Assembly: GCF_009914755.1 (NCBI RefSeq)
Contig: NC_060943.1
Direction: 5' to 3' (one strand)
Length of the DNA stretch: 64,000 nt
DNA from: the human T2T-CHM13v2.0 reference genome, Homo sapiens
Shown: piece after piece, positions 31,114 through 53,581 of the stretch
How positions within the stretch are numbered: the first letter of the stretch is position 1
Layout of the letters: the number at the start of each line of letters is the position of its first letter
Program-made: the position numbers and the translations under genes
Notes under the pieces: model-generated
Databases searched by the model: none
The model's input: the letters and a program-made list of their open reading frames with translations, nothing else
Told to the model about the DNA's origin: nothing

Positions 31114-31559
31114 GTTGAACTAAATAAAAATGAAGTTACAACTTACCAGATTTGTAGGATGAAGCAAAAGAAATGCTAAGAGGGAAATAGGAGAGTTATA
31201 GTATTAAGTATATCAGTAAAGAAGATAATTCTATATCCAATAGTCTATGTTTATACCTTAGGAAACTAGAAAAAGTACTGTATTCTGTACTCTAATCCCA
31301 AAGCAAGCAGAAGAAATAATAATAATAATTGGAGTAGAAATTATTGAAATTGAAAATAGAAAAATAGAGAAAGTCAACATCTAAATATTCCTTGAAATAG
31401 TCAATACAATTTAAAAAACATAAAAAAAAAGTTTTTCATGATAATTTACTTTCTCACATCTTGGTAGGTCAAATATCTTATTTTGTTCTTTGTGTATCAC
31501 CATTGTAATCTGGGTAGTTTATTTATCCCAACAATGAATGTTTTTATTTTTAAAAAATT

Positions 31560-35360
<3,801 letters not shown>

Positions 35361-36349
35361 GAGAGCTTCTCTTAGTAAACAATAATAAAGTATATACCTA
35401 GTGACATTGGCCACAGCCATCTCTTATTCATGCATGCCATCTGCTGGTAGTATGCCAAACTGCACAATAGCTCAATATAAAGCCAGACATGAGAAGAGTC
35501 CATAGGGCTATAAAAGCAAAGCCAAAAGATGGTACCAAACATACTGTATGCTCACACCTTCTAGGGAGACAGGGCAAAGGAAAAAGAAATATATATATAT
35601 ATATATAAGAATCTTGTCTGCATGAAAATAATTACAAAAATTAGGAATGCCAACATCTCCAGATGAGAAGAAGCCATTGTAAGAATTCTGGCATCATGAA
35701 AAATCTGAATGTTGTGACACCACTGAAAGATTACACTAGCTCTTCAGCAATGATCCCTAACCAAAATGGAAAATAAGAGATTACAGATTTAAAAATTCAA
35801 AGCATGCATTCCAAGATGGACAAGTCTGGAATGGGCAGGCCCATGTACAGGCTTCCTGATAGCAGACACAAGCACCAGTGTCAACCATGTACCCAGAGGT
35901 GTGACTAGCCATGGAGATCAGATAGGAAACCTCCTTGGCTCCAAGTTCTCTGCATAGAGTGGGGTGTTCTAGATGCCTGGAGGTCTGCCTGGGCTTGGAC
36001 TATAGACCACCCCACTGCACCACAATCTCTGCAAAGAAAGGGTGGGGTGGCTCACAGACTGCCTATTTTATCACATCTCTACCATTTGGTGATGATCTGA
36101 TCTTGCACAAATTATTTTATTATTATTTTTAAATTTTTTATTTTGTTCACTTTTCCAACATGATGTATCAGTTACATTGACATAACCATTTATTTTTATT
36201 TTTTATTTCTGTGGGTACATAGTAGGTGTATATGTTTATGGGTTACATGAAATATTTTGATATAAGCATGCAATGCATAATAATCACATCAGGATAAATG
36301 GGGTATCCATCACCCCAAGAATTTATTTTTTGTGTTACAAACACAAATA

Positions 36350-37157
36350 TAGAGCTCCCAGAGGAATGGGCAGAATTCCATCTTTGCTATTTCTCAGCCT
36401 TCACTGGTGATACCTCCAGGTACTGGAAAATCTGAGATGACTAGGGACTGGAGAGGACTCCCAGCAAACCACAGCAGCCCTATAGAAAAGTGGCCAAATT
36501 ATTAAAAGAAAAAAATACTCATCCAAAGGTCAGCAACTTCAAATATTAAAGGTAGGTAAGCCCACAAAGATGAGAAAAAAATCAGCACAAGAATGGTGAA
36601 AACACAAAAAGTCAGAGTGCCCTCTTTTCTCCAAATGACCACATCACCTCTCCAGCAAGGGTTTGAAACTGGGCTGAGATGGCTGAAATGACAGAAGTAG
36701 ACTTCAGAATACGGATAAAAACAAACTTCACTGAGCTAAAGTATCATGTTTTAACCCAATGCAAGGAAGCTAAAAAGTCATGATAAAGCATTGCATGAGC
36801 TGACAGACAAAATAGCCAGTGTAGAGAAGAATGTAACCAGCCTGACAGAACTGAAAAACACAATAAAAGAATGTTAAAATGCAATCACAAGTATTAATAG
36901 CAGAATAGACCAAGCAGAGGAAAGAATCTCAGAGCTTGAAGACTGCCTTTCTGAAATAAGATAGGTAGACAAGGATAGAAAAAAAAAAAGAATGAAAAGG
37001 AATAACCAAACCTCCAAGAAATATGGGATTGTGTAAAGAGAACAAATCTATGTCTGGTGTACCCAAAAGAGATGGGGATAATGGAACCAATTTGGAAAAC
37101 ATATTTTAGGATATCATCCATGATAACTCCCCCAACCTAGCTAGCCAGGCCAACATT
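36350..37157 (+). mobile_element. Older L1 5'UTR/ORF1 fragment
   Basis: aatagcagaatagaccaagcagaggaaagaatctcagagcttgaagac...ccccaacctagctagccaggccaacatt. Confidence 0.8.
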
Positions 37158-39471
37158 TCCATTTGCTTGGTAGATCTTCCTCCATCCCTTTATTTTGAGC
37201 CTATGTGTGTCTCTGCACGTGAGATGAGTTTCCTGAATACAGCACACTAATGGGTCTTGACTCTTTATCCAATTTGCCAGTCTGTGTCTTTTAATTGGAG
37301 CATTTAGCCCATTTACATTTAAGATTAATATTGTTATGTGTGAATTTGATCCTGTCATTATGATGTTAGCTGGTTATTTTGCTCATTAGTTGATGCAGTT
37401 TCTTCCTAGCCTTGATGGTCTTTACAATTTGGCTTGTTTTTGCAGTGGCTGCTACCAGTTGTTCCTTTCCATGTTTAGTGCTTCCTTCAGGAGCTCTTTT
37501 AGGGCAGGCCTGGTGGTGACAAAATCTCTCAGCATTTGCTTGTCTGTAAAGTATTTTATTTCTCTTTCACTTATGAAGCTTAGTTTGGCTGGATATGAAA
37601 TTCTGGGTTGAAAATTCTTTTCTTTAAGAATGTTGAATATTGGCCCCCACTCTCTTCTGGCTTGTAGAGTTTCTGCCGAGAGATCGCTGTTAGTCTGATG
37701 GGCTTCCCTTTGTGGGTAACCCAACCTTTCTCTCTGGCTGCCCTTAACATTTTTTCCTTCATTTCAACTTTGGTGAATCTGACAATTATGTGTCTTGGAG
37801 TTGCTCTTCTCAAGGAGTATTTTTGTGGCATTCTCTGTATTTCCTGAATTTGAATGTTGGCCTGCCTTGCTAGATTGGGGAAGTTCTCCTGGATAATATC
37901 CTGCAGAGTGTTTTCCAACTTGGTTCCATTCTCCCCGTCACTTTCAGGTACACCAATCAGACGTAGATTTGGTCTTTTCAGATAGTCCCATATTTCTTGG
38001 AGGCTTTGTTCATTTCTTTTTACTCTTTTTTCTCTGAACTTCTCTTCTCGCTTCATTTCATTAATTTCATCTTCCATTGCTGATACTCTTTCTTCCAGTT
38101 GATCGCATCAGCTACTGAGGCTTGTGCATTCGTCACGTAGTTCTCATGCCGTGGTTTTCAGCTCCATCAGGTCCTTTAAGGACTTCTCTGCATTGGTTAT
38201 TCTAGATAGCCATTCGTCTAATTTTTTTTCAAGGTTTTTAACTTCTTTGCCATTGGTTCGAACTTCCTCCTTTAGCTTGGAGTAGTTTGATCTTCTGAAG
38301 CCTTCTTCTCTCAACTCGTCAAAGTCATTCTCCATCCAGCTTTGTTCCGTTGCTGGTGAGGAGCTGCATTCCTTTGGAGGAGGAGAGGTGCTCTGATTTT
38401 TAGAGTTTCTAGTTTTTCTGCTCTGTTTTTTCCCCATCTTTGTGGTTTTATCTACCTTTGGTCTTTGATGATGGTGACGTACAGATGGGTTTTTGGTGTG
38501 GATGTCCTTTCTGTTTGTTAGTTTTCCTTCTAACAGTCAGGACCCTCAGCTGCAGGTCTGTGGAGTTTGCTGGTGGTCCACTCCAGACCCTGTTTGCCTG
38601 GGTATCAGCAGCAGTGGCTGCAGAACAGCGGATATTGGTGAACCGCAAATGCTGCTGCCTGATCATTCCTCTGGAAGTTTTGTCTCAGAGGAGTACCCAG
38701 CCGTGTGAGGTGTCAGTCTGCCCCTACTGGGGGATGCCTCCCAGTTAGGCTACTCAGGGGTCAGGGACCCACTTGAGGAGGCAGTCTGCCTGTTCTCAGA
38801 TCTCAAGCTGCATGCTGGGAGAACCACTACTCTCTTCAAAGCTGTCAGACAGGGACATTTAAGTCTGCAGATGTTACTGCTGCCTTTTGTTTGTCTGTGC
38901 CCTGCCCCCACAGGTGGAGCCTACAGAGGCAGGCAGGCCTCCTCGAGCTGTGGTGGGCTCCACCCAGTTCGAGCTTCCCGGCCACTTTATTTACCTACTC
39001 AAGCCCCGGCAATGGCAGGCGCCCCTCCCCCAGCCTCGCTGCTGCCTTGCAGTTTGATCTCAGACTGCTGTGCTAGCAATGAGCGAGGCTCTGTGGGTGT
39101 AGGACCCTCCAAGCCATGTGTGGGATATAATCTCCTGGTGTGCCGTTTGTTAAGCCCATTGGAAAAATGCAGTATTAGGGTGGGAGTGACCCGATTTTCC
39201 AGATGCCATCTGTTACCCCTTTCTTTGACTAGGAAAGGGAATTCCCTGACCCCTTGTGCTTCCCAGGTGAGGCGATGCCTCGCCCTGCTTCAGCTCATGC
39301 ACAGTGCACTGCACCGCACCCACTGTCCTGCACCCACTGTCCGGCACTCCCTAGTGAGATGAACCCAGTACCTCAGTTGGAAATGCAGAAGTCACCTGTC
39401 TTCTGCGTCACTCATGCTGGGAGCTGTAGACTGGAGCTGTTCCTATTCAGCCATCTTGGCTCCACCCGCCC
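37156..39471 (-). mobile_element. Younger L1PA 5' half (full 5'UTR, disrupted ORF1, start of ORF2), 3'-truncated
   Basis: 5' end GGGCGGGTGGAGCCAAGATGG; ORF1 ATG 38437 (MGKKQSRKT...) with a stop at 38144 and a frameshift near 37685; ORF2 ATG 37358 (MTGSNSHITI...WRKIYQANG) ends abruptly. Confidence 0.95.
39012..39362 (+). other. L1 antisense ORF0, extended to 116 codons
   Basis: MAGAPPPASLLPCSLISDCCASNERGSVGVGPSKP...RVGVTRFSRC matches primate L1 ORF0. Confidence 0.75.
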
Positions 39472-39724
39472 TGTACTTTCATTTATAACTTGCTTGTTTT
39501 ACTTAACAATGCCTCCTGGAAATTATTCCTTAACAGGTGTGAAGTTTATCTAGTTCTGTGTGTGTGCGTGTGCAGGTACATGTTGCTTTACATCCTGGTC
39601 AATATTTAGTGATTACAGATTTGTAAGTTTTTCTTTTATTCTGCAAAGTAATATGCTATTTCGTGGCTTTTTAATTTGCATTTTTGATTACTAGTTAGGC
39701 TTAGCATCTTCTTTTTTAAAACTG

Positions 39725-39826
39725 AAGACTAGTGAAAGTTGAATCCTGGAAGAGGGGAGAGTATAACAAGATAAATCTGTTACTGTGAAAAATTAATTGT
39801 GACAACTCAATACCTTCCAATGAGCC
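39725..39826 (-). pseudogene. Degraded Y-RNA retrocopy, paralogue of 18247-18358
   Basis: aagactagt...ggggagagtataacaag...tctgttactgtga...aactcaataccttcc in the same flanking context. Confidence 0.65.
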
Positions 39827-40024
39827 CAGAATCTTCTTATTCACTGGATATTCAGGTTTGCTTCTGTAAGTAACTTGCCAATATCTCATTTTTTTTTTGA
39901 AACAAGTTGTTTAATATTTATTGATTTTTCAGGAGCACTTTACACAATTAGCTTACAAATTCTCTACCACTAATAAGCATTATAGTCCCTCCTCTTAATC
40001 TAAATATAGTATAGTCCTTCTGTT

Positions 40025-40640
40025 TATGGTTTCTCAGCTTCTTCTTTAGGCATTGAAGATTGTTCCTTTCTGGGTGAAGGAGAATCACGTAGCAATTGGG
40101 AGCAAGATGCATCCATGTAACCCAGTACTGGAGGTCAAGATGGAGACAATCTCCACAGCCACCATGGCCTTTCCCTGAGTGCTACTATAACTCAGGAGGA
40201 AAGCCACCCAGATACTGCAGAACACCAACATGCTGAAGGTGAGACATTTGGTTTCATTGAAGATGTCAGGCGGGTTACTTTCCAGGAAGACTACAGCAAA
40301 GGTCCCCAGAACCAAGAAGCCCAAATAGCTCAAGACACAGTAGAAAACAGTGATAGAGCCCCCATTACACTGGATGATGATTATACCAGGACTATGGGTC
40401 TTTGTCTAGGGAGGAAGGAGATGTTTCCAACTAGATTCCAGAGATGGTCACTTGGATGAGGGGGCAAAGGTGACAACAGAATGAGATTTTAGGGTACCCA
40501 ACAGGACCTTGGGTCCTGGCTGGCCTTGTAGCTTTCCCATCCTGCTAGCTGGCCTTGTAGCTTGGAAGGCCATGACCACAGTGAAAGTTTTGGCTGAAGC
40601 AGAAGACACAGCCACTGTGAACTGAACTGAAAAGGTGGCC
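40025..40640 (-). pseudogene. Second V2R pseudogene fragment (7TM exon, partial)
   Basis: SYLGFLVLGTFAVVFLESNPPDIFNETKCLTFSMLVFCSIWVAFL...AVEIVSIL...GCILLP; collinear with 18857-19420. Confidence 0.88.
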
Positions 40641-40944
40641 TGTTCCCAGGGTTCAAAGCATATATGGAAGGAGAAAGCTTGACAGTGACGTAATGTATTT
40701 GGAGTGCAAAAATGCCTGCAGGGAATTCATTCTAAATGGGGAGAAATACAGAACAGGCCTTAGGAACAATGTGACCTGGGCATTGTCATCTTTTCATTGT
40801 AACTAATTACAGACTGCACTGGATTTGTGAGACATATGACAACAAACCTTTTCTGTAAAGGGTAATAAATATTTACAGTTTGCAAACCAGAAGGTGTCTG
40901 TGGCAACTATTCAAGTCTTCTCTTGCAGATTGAAAGCCACTGTA

Positions 40945-41760
40945 AGCAATATGCAAAGGAGCAGCTGTAGCCGTATTTAGCAATATGCAAAGGAGCAGCT
41001 GTAGCCGCATTTAGCAATATGCGAAGGAGCGGCTGTAGCCGCATTTAGCAATATGCGAAGGAGCGGCTGTAGCCGCATTTAGCAATATGCGAAGGAGCGG
41101 CTGTAGCCGCATTTAGCAATATGCGAAGGAGCGGCTGTAGCCGCATTTAGCAATATGCGAAGGAGCGGCTGTAGCCGCATTTAGCAATATGCGAAGGAGC
41201 GGCTGTAGCCGCATTTAGCAATATGCGAAGGAGCGGCTGTAGCCGCATTTAGCAATATGCGAAGGAGCGGCTGTAGCCGCATTTAGCAATATGCGAAGGA
41301 GCGGCTGTAGCCGCATTTAGCAATATGCGAAGGAGCGGCTGTAGCCGCATTTAGCAATATGCGAAGGAGCGGCTGTAGCCGCATTTAGCAATATGCGAAG
41401 GAGCGGCTGTAGCCGCATTTAGCAATATGCGAAGGAGCGGCTGTAGCCGCATTTAGCAATATGCGAAGGAGCGGCTGTAGCCGCATTTAGCAATATGCGA
41501 AGGAGCGGCTGTAGCCGCATTTAGCAATATGCGAAGGAGCGGCTGTAGCCGCATTTAGCAATATGCGAAGGAGCGGCTGTAGCCGCATTTAGCAATATGC
41601 GAAGGAGCGGCTGTAGCCGCATTTAGCAATATGCGAAGGAGCGGCTGTAGCCGCATTTAGCAATATGCGAAGGAGCGGCTGTAGCCGCATTTAGCAATAT
41701 GCGAAGGAGCGGTTGTAGCCGTATTTAGCAATATGTAAAGGAGGAATTGCAGCCATATTT
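40945..41760. repeat. CpG-rich minisatellite, 34-bp unit x24, inside a MER58-like DNA transposon remnant
   Basis: Unit agcaatatgcgaaggagcggctgtagccgcattt; identical central copies and degenerate edge copies. Confidence 0.97.
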
Positions 41761-42984
41761 AGCCTGTGGGCCAAGATTTGCCTGCCCTTGCTCTAGATGA
41801 CTTAGAGAACTCAACACCTGCCCACACTGACCCTTCCAATCTGTTCCTGGGGATTGTCTGATACTACTGTCTTGGGGAAAGTCTGAGCATTTTTCCCCTC
41901 CTCCATCCAAACCCAAAATGGACAGAGAAAACTCACTTTGTGCAAAATGGAAATCCAAATGGAAATTGGATTCCATTTGGATTTCCATTTTGCTATGGAG
42001 ACTCATGCAACCTGTTCTGTGGCCAACTGGACCTAGAAGGATGGTGTTCTCTCAGAATTTGCAGGATAAAGTTACCCAAAGAGTAAACATGAGTTGAATG
42101 TCAACTTTCAGAAGGAATCATTTGAAAGCCCCCCTATCATCTTTCTGTCAGCAAAATGTCTCTCAAGGCAGTGCCTGCATTCAAAGTAGCAGTGGAGCCA
42201 GCAGGGCAGCTCTCACTGCAGACGGAATGAGAAAACTGGAGGAAGCAGAGTTCTAAGGTTAGATTGTCGGATCTCCAGGAGAACGAAGTTCAAAACCACT
42301 TTTCCTTTTCACAATTCTCTTGATTCTTCTCTTAGTATGAGTCAGGGTAGCAGGTCACATCAATGTCATGAAAGGAATACTAATGATAATAATTTAGGAT
42401 ATTTTTGGCTACAGCTAGAGAAATCTCAAACAAACAAGCTTAATCAGGAAAGCTTTTGACACATAGTTGGAAATGGAGGTACTTATGTGTTTCTGAAATC
42501 CTGTTTTTATTGGCTTCTCATTGGCTTTTTCATGGTGGCAAAATTATACTTAGCTGTTAGAGCCTTCATATCCATGAACTACAATTTCTGTGGAATAAGA
42601 AGGAGATATACTGGAACTGAAGCTTTTGGTAACCTCGAATTTTCATTTTGGCAGGCAAACCAAAGAGAAGAAAGACTTTGTGCTTGAGAGTTGAAAATGA
42701 GACCACCTTGCCATGTCAATTCAGGTCTCTTAAAGTCTTCCCTTGCAGGAGAAGAGGGAAGTGAAAAGAAATCTTCTTGTGAACAGGGTCTGGTGTGGAC
42801 CTCCAGCAAACTCCAACAGATTAATTCATTGACAGAATGGGATTGTCTTGTGAAAGGGAAATATCTTGGATCCCTTCAAGCTGGGAACCCCTCAGGGCAA
42901 ATCTGCCTACTTCTGTCAATTCATCAATCTCATTCTCCGTCCAGTTTTGTGCCCTTGCTGGAGAGGAGTTGCCATCATTTGTCA

Positions 42985-43350
42985 TACACAAGTATCAATA
43001 GCCAAATTGATCACGCAAAAGAAACGATATCAGAGATTGAAGATCAACTTACTAAAATAAGGCATGAAGAAAAGATTAGAGAAAAAAGAATGAAAAGGAA
43101 CTAACAAAGCCTCCAAGAAATATGAGACTATGTGAAAAGACCGAACTACAGTTGATTGGTGTACCTGAAAGTGACAGGGAGAATGGAACCAAGTTGGAAA
43201 ACACATTTCAGGATATTATCCAGGAGAACTTCCCCAACCTAGCAAGACAGGCCAACATTCAAATTCAGGTAATACAGAGAACACCACTAAGATACTCCTC
43301 GAGAAGAGCAACCCCAAGACAAATAATTGTCAGATTCTCCAAGGTTGAAA
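42985..43350 (+). mobile_element. L1 ORF1 fragment
   Basis: LIGVPESDRENGTKLENTFQDIIQENFPNLARQANIQIQ. Confidence 0.85.
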
Positions 43351-44194
43351 TATATACAATATATTCAATATAAGCTCTCAGTATTTAAAATTTAGTAGGG
43401 CTTGGTGTCATTTTTAGACCCAGGAGTCAAGGCCCTGTAACTCAATGTCACAAGGACTTTAAAAGCACATACAGGAAGATAACAAATGTAATAACCTTCA
43501 TTAAAAATTTTTTTAACCTCAGTTTTTTCTAAGCAATAAAACATAAAATCTTCTAGGCAGGTTACCAAAAGGCAAAAAAAAAAAAAAAAAAAAACCCTTC
43601 TGCAGTGCACAGAATATTATGTTCAAAGGAAACATTTCCTTTAGACCTTTGAGAAAACACTGTTAGCATCAGGCAACAACAACAACAAAAAACTGGAACC
43701 CAAGGAAAACAAACTTATATGACCTGAAAATGAGTTGAAGGAGAGTGTTACTATTTTGTGCCTTTTAAAAAGGGAGAGAAAACCAAAACCCGTGAGATGC
43801 AATAAAAGTTGAATTTTGGGTTAAAAATTAAAAAATAAAATATCTTATAATTTATTGAGTAAATCAACCCCTTAAGAAAATTTCATTGTTCTAACCAATT
43901 CTTTAGTGTATAAGTGTTTTCTTACATCAAACCCAATCTACAGAAACACTACTATCATTTCTCTTTATAGACAACTTAATCACATAAAAGTTTTTGATTT
44001 GCTTATTTAATAATCTTCTTATAGTGACTTATACAGACCATTCATGACATGCTTGGATTTTCTGGTTTGTTCTAAATATCACTTTTTCTTAAACAACTAG
44101 TCATTTTATTCTAGGACTAAATTTACCATACAAGATTCTTTCTCATATAAAATTATTTCTCTTTAAGCTGTCTTACAAAAAAAAAAACCTCTTT

Positions 44195-45592
<1,398 letters not shown>

Positions 45593-46358
45593 AAAAACCT
45601 CTTTATTTCTTTAACTTTCTTTATATCTCTCTTATTTCCTGGTTCCTTTTACCTTGTTTTATATAAAACCTTTACATAAGCTTTGAATTAGACAAAAGAG
45701 TGTATACCTTTTTAAAAAGCACACACCTGTTTTTAGAAAGAATGTTTTCCTACAATATATTTTGTTGAAAAATACCCAAATAATAAAATATCTATTATTT
45801 AATAGTAATTTAGATTTTAAATTATGACAATTTTATCTACAAGTATTCATCCCATTACATTTACCTAATTATCTTATGTTAATCACTTACCTACATTGTT
45901 TATGAAACTGTGATAGGCATCATTTAAAATTATGAAACCACCATAACTGAGACAATAACAAAGATCTGACCTAACTGACTCCATCTTGATTCTAACCTCC
46001 ACACTGTCCTTGTTCATTCCTGGGCATAGGCCAAACAAACTTTGGGAGGAACTCACTTTATATTTAGCTTTGAAACGAAGATGATAACAGTCCTTTCCCA
46101 AAACCAACTTCCTTACTGCCTGTGGACTAGACCACCTAAAGCCACAAGATTAGAAGTTACGGTAATGTTACTAAATTCAAGATAGAGCTATTTTTATTAA
46201 ACCAATATCAATGTCTTATTTATTAAAGATTACACAAGCAAAGGTCATTCTGTTTTGGCTGTGTTTATGCTTTTGCAACCCCTATGTCAAGTTTTGACAC
46301 CTTATAGTATTTGGCAGGGATAAGTATGAAATTGTTTGATCCATAAATGCAAACAAAG

Positions 46359-46980
<622 letters not shown>

Positions 46981-48563
46981 GCAAACAAAAATGTATGCTG
47001 GCAATTCTTAAGACATTTCTAATATTACTTTAATAATAATTTTAAAGCTAGCTTGTTTATTAAAGATTTTACTGAAGTCACATAAACTTGAAAAAGCATT
47101 TGAGTAGTCTTTTCTTTTTCTGATAATTTGATGTACACTTTTTAAGCCAATTAATCAGAGCTCTTTTATATATTTTCATTAGTGAAACATTGTTTACATA
47201 ACACATAAATACACAAGATATATTAGACATGCGGAAAGAAGTACATCTTCACCAATTCACAAAAACCTTCTTTTTTGCTATCATGGATTTTCAGATTCTT
47301 GGTAACCTGTTTCACAACTCTAGGCAGTTGTCAGTGAAATAGCCTTAAATTCGCATATTAAAGGAAACAACTCAGGTGAAAATCAAATAGAAAAATTTGC
47401 ATTATAAAGTATGGAAAGAAAGAGTCTGGTGTGCTAGAAGGAGATTAAAGAGGGATGCCAAATCAAACATAAAATTATAAAAATTTATCATAGGATGGTA
47501 TAAGGAGACCAATTTTATTTAGATAGGGATTATCTATCCTTTAACTGGCTCTCTGAGCTCTGGGCAGAAACCCACACTGAATGCTGTGTTTCCAAAAAGG
47601 GAGAATTATTATGAGGCTAGACCATGTGATGTTTTTACAGTACACTTAGAAAAAAAATTTTGTAAACAATGACATTTCTAACTGTCTAAACTATACACTT
47701 CTTTAAAACCCAAAGAGTAGACTTTGTTGTGATAACTATTTTAGTCAATAAATCAGGTAACACAATACAAAAGCAAGCAGTTTAAGAGCTGAGATGAACT
47801 TTTCTGTTTACACTCTTGGGGTTTGATAAGGAAAAACAGGTGTCTACCCCAAGGGAGTTGCACCTTCTCCATTTTCTTTAAGGAACCTCAGACTATGATA
47901 AACTATGTCACGTTCCTCATGCAGCAGAGGGTGCAAGAGAAAGGAGAGACAGCAGAAGTAAAAGAAGAAAACAGAAGTCAGTCAGCTGAGAAGAAAAAAC
48001 CTTTGCTCAATTAAAAAAAAAAAAAGGTAGAGTTGATAAAACCCAATGGGGAAAAAAAGCAAAACAGCAACGAAAACAGAAACAAACAACAACAACAAAA
48101 AACATTTAAGCAAAACAAATGATCACACAACTTATATGATTATGGAGTGCTCTGATGGTAACAAGAAATGAAGACCAGCTGGTTGCTACTCTTCTCTTTG
48201 GCCAAGACAATCCCCAACTCAGTTACTTATCTAGGGATGATGGGTCACAGGTTGAAGCCTGCTCTCTACCATTAGGGGAGCAGGGCAAAAAACCTCATCT
48301 TTCCTGTTGAAGGCAAGCTCAAACTCCATAAAGGAGTTGCCTGAAGGAAAACCTGGCCTTTTTTGTGTTAGAAGCAAGTAAAACTCTAGAAAAAAAAAAA
48401 AGAAAAAAAGAACCCACAAAAACCAGAGTTGTACAGCAAAATAAACTTTAGATATCAACGGAATTTTGGGTCCTAATGGTACCCCATTAGCTCAGGGGGA
48501 TAAGCGGAAGATAAAGCACTTTGTAATATGCATTTTAGAAAACCAAGGCCAACCTCTCTATTA

Positions 48564-48890
48564 CTTTTTTTTATTTTTTATTTTTTTTTTAGACGGAGTC
48601 TCGCTCTGTCGCCCAGGCTGGAGTGTAGTGGTGCCATCTCTGCTCACTGCAAGCTCCACCTCCTGGGTTCACGCCATTCTCCTGGGTTCACGCCATTCTC
48701 CTGCCTCGGCCTCCCGAGTAGCTGGGACTACAGGCACCTGCTACCATGCCCGGCCAATTTTTTGTATTTTTAGTAGAGATGGGGTTTCACCGCGTTAGCC
48801 AGGATGGTCTCGATCCCTTGACCTCGTTATCCGCCTGCCTCGGCCTATCAAAGTGCTGGGATTACAGGCGTGAGCCACTGTGCCCAGCCT
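48564..48890 (-). mobile_element. AluY-like with a short internal duplication
   Basis: gggttcacgccattctcct occurs twice. Confidence 0.9.
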
Positions 48891-48903
48891 CAATTATTCT
48901 TGT

Positions 48904-49448
48904 TGTAACCGAGCAAGTTACAGAGAAACGCCACACGCTGAGACAAATTCAGGAGTCCTTTATTAGCCAGAGACCGAGAGACGGCTAGTGCTCAAGATTC
49001 TCTCGGCCCTGAAGAAGGGGTTAGATTTTCTTTTATACTTTGGTTTAGAAAGGGGAGTGGGGGGAGTCTAGTTAAAACAATCTTACAGAAATAAAGCAGG
49101 CAAAAAGTAAAAAGGATAAATGGTTACAGGAAAGCAAACGGTTCCAGGTGCAGGGGTTTTAAATCCATCACAAGGTGATAGGCGCGGGGCTTTGGGTGTT
49201 ATCAACCGGACACAAACGCGGGGGGCTCTGGGTGCTATCAACTGGGCAAATTCCTAGGAACTGCAGATATAGCTTGCCACAGTATCTTATCAGTTAATTG
49301 CACTCTTGGATGTGCTGGGAGTCAGCTTGCACAAGTTAAGTCCTTGAGGAAGGGGGTGGGTAAGGGGCTGTAAGTGAAGGAGCCAAGATGGTGTCTGTCT
49401 GGCTCTCTCAGCTAAGGGAGAGTCAATTCAGGTTAAAACAAGGTATCA
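48904..49448 (-). mobile_element. LTR6-like (HERV-S71 family) LTR
   Basis: TGTAACCGAGC...GAGAAACGCCACAC...CAGGAGTCCTTTATT...GGTATCA recalled as LTR6. Confidence 0.65.
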
Positions 49449-49449
49449 T

Positions 49450-52956
<3,507 letters not shown>

Positions 52957-53581
52957 TATTACAGGAGTTATTAAGAAATCATTTTAGGCATACAGTAAGG
53001 GTAAAGGTTCTTGGTGAAAATTTTCCTGTAATAAGAAATCTCTTTTCTAACCAAGCAATCTCTTTTCTAACCAAAAAGGCGGCTTCAAGGGCCGGGCTGA
53101 CAAGCTTTGATATGCAAATGCTGGCCACTAGAAACTGGGTCCACTCAACATGGTGATTCCCACCGTCTTCTCCTTGTTACCACCTGTGCAAAGTGTGAAG
53201 GCCACCTCCAAGTAACACCATGTGTTCAAACCATCATGGCAACCCACATTTGCATATTAAAAGGCTATGGCGGGAGGGCCTGGTTTCTCCCAGGCTACAT
53301 GAATAACACACCTGGTCAAGCCAATCCTTTGGGCCCTATGCAAACCAGATACTGCCTCCTCCAGCCTCCAGATATAAGGGACTGTCTTTCTGTTGCGCAC
53401 AGGGTCTATCTCTGTTCCTTTCCCATGTCTCAGTACGGGGGAGCTGTTCTCTTCTTTCTTCCTTCTTACTTGCTATTAAACTTTTCACTCCTTAAAACTA
53501 CTCCACATGTGTCCATGTCGTTAATCCTATCAGCACCAGACCAAAAAGCCTGGTAATCGTCCAGTCATCGGAGCTGTATCA
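52957..53581 (+). mobile_element. ERV1 3' LTR (MER50/MER61-like)
   Basis: Follows the PPT; octamers at 53112-53119 and 53248-53255; TATA-like gatataag at ~53371; attaaa at ~53475; ends ...GTATCA. Confidence 0.75.

Noticed and set aside
40945-41760. CRISPR-like array (34-bp palindromic repeat)
   Set aside because: Head-to-tail units with no unique spacers, no cas genes, and a human context: it is a VNTR.
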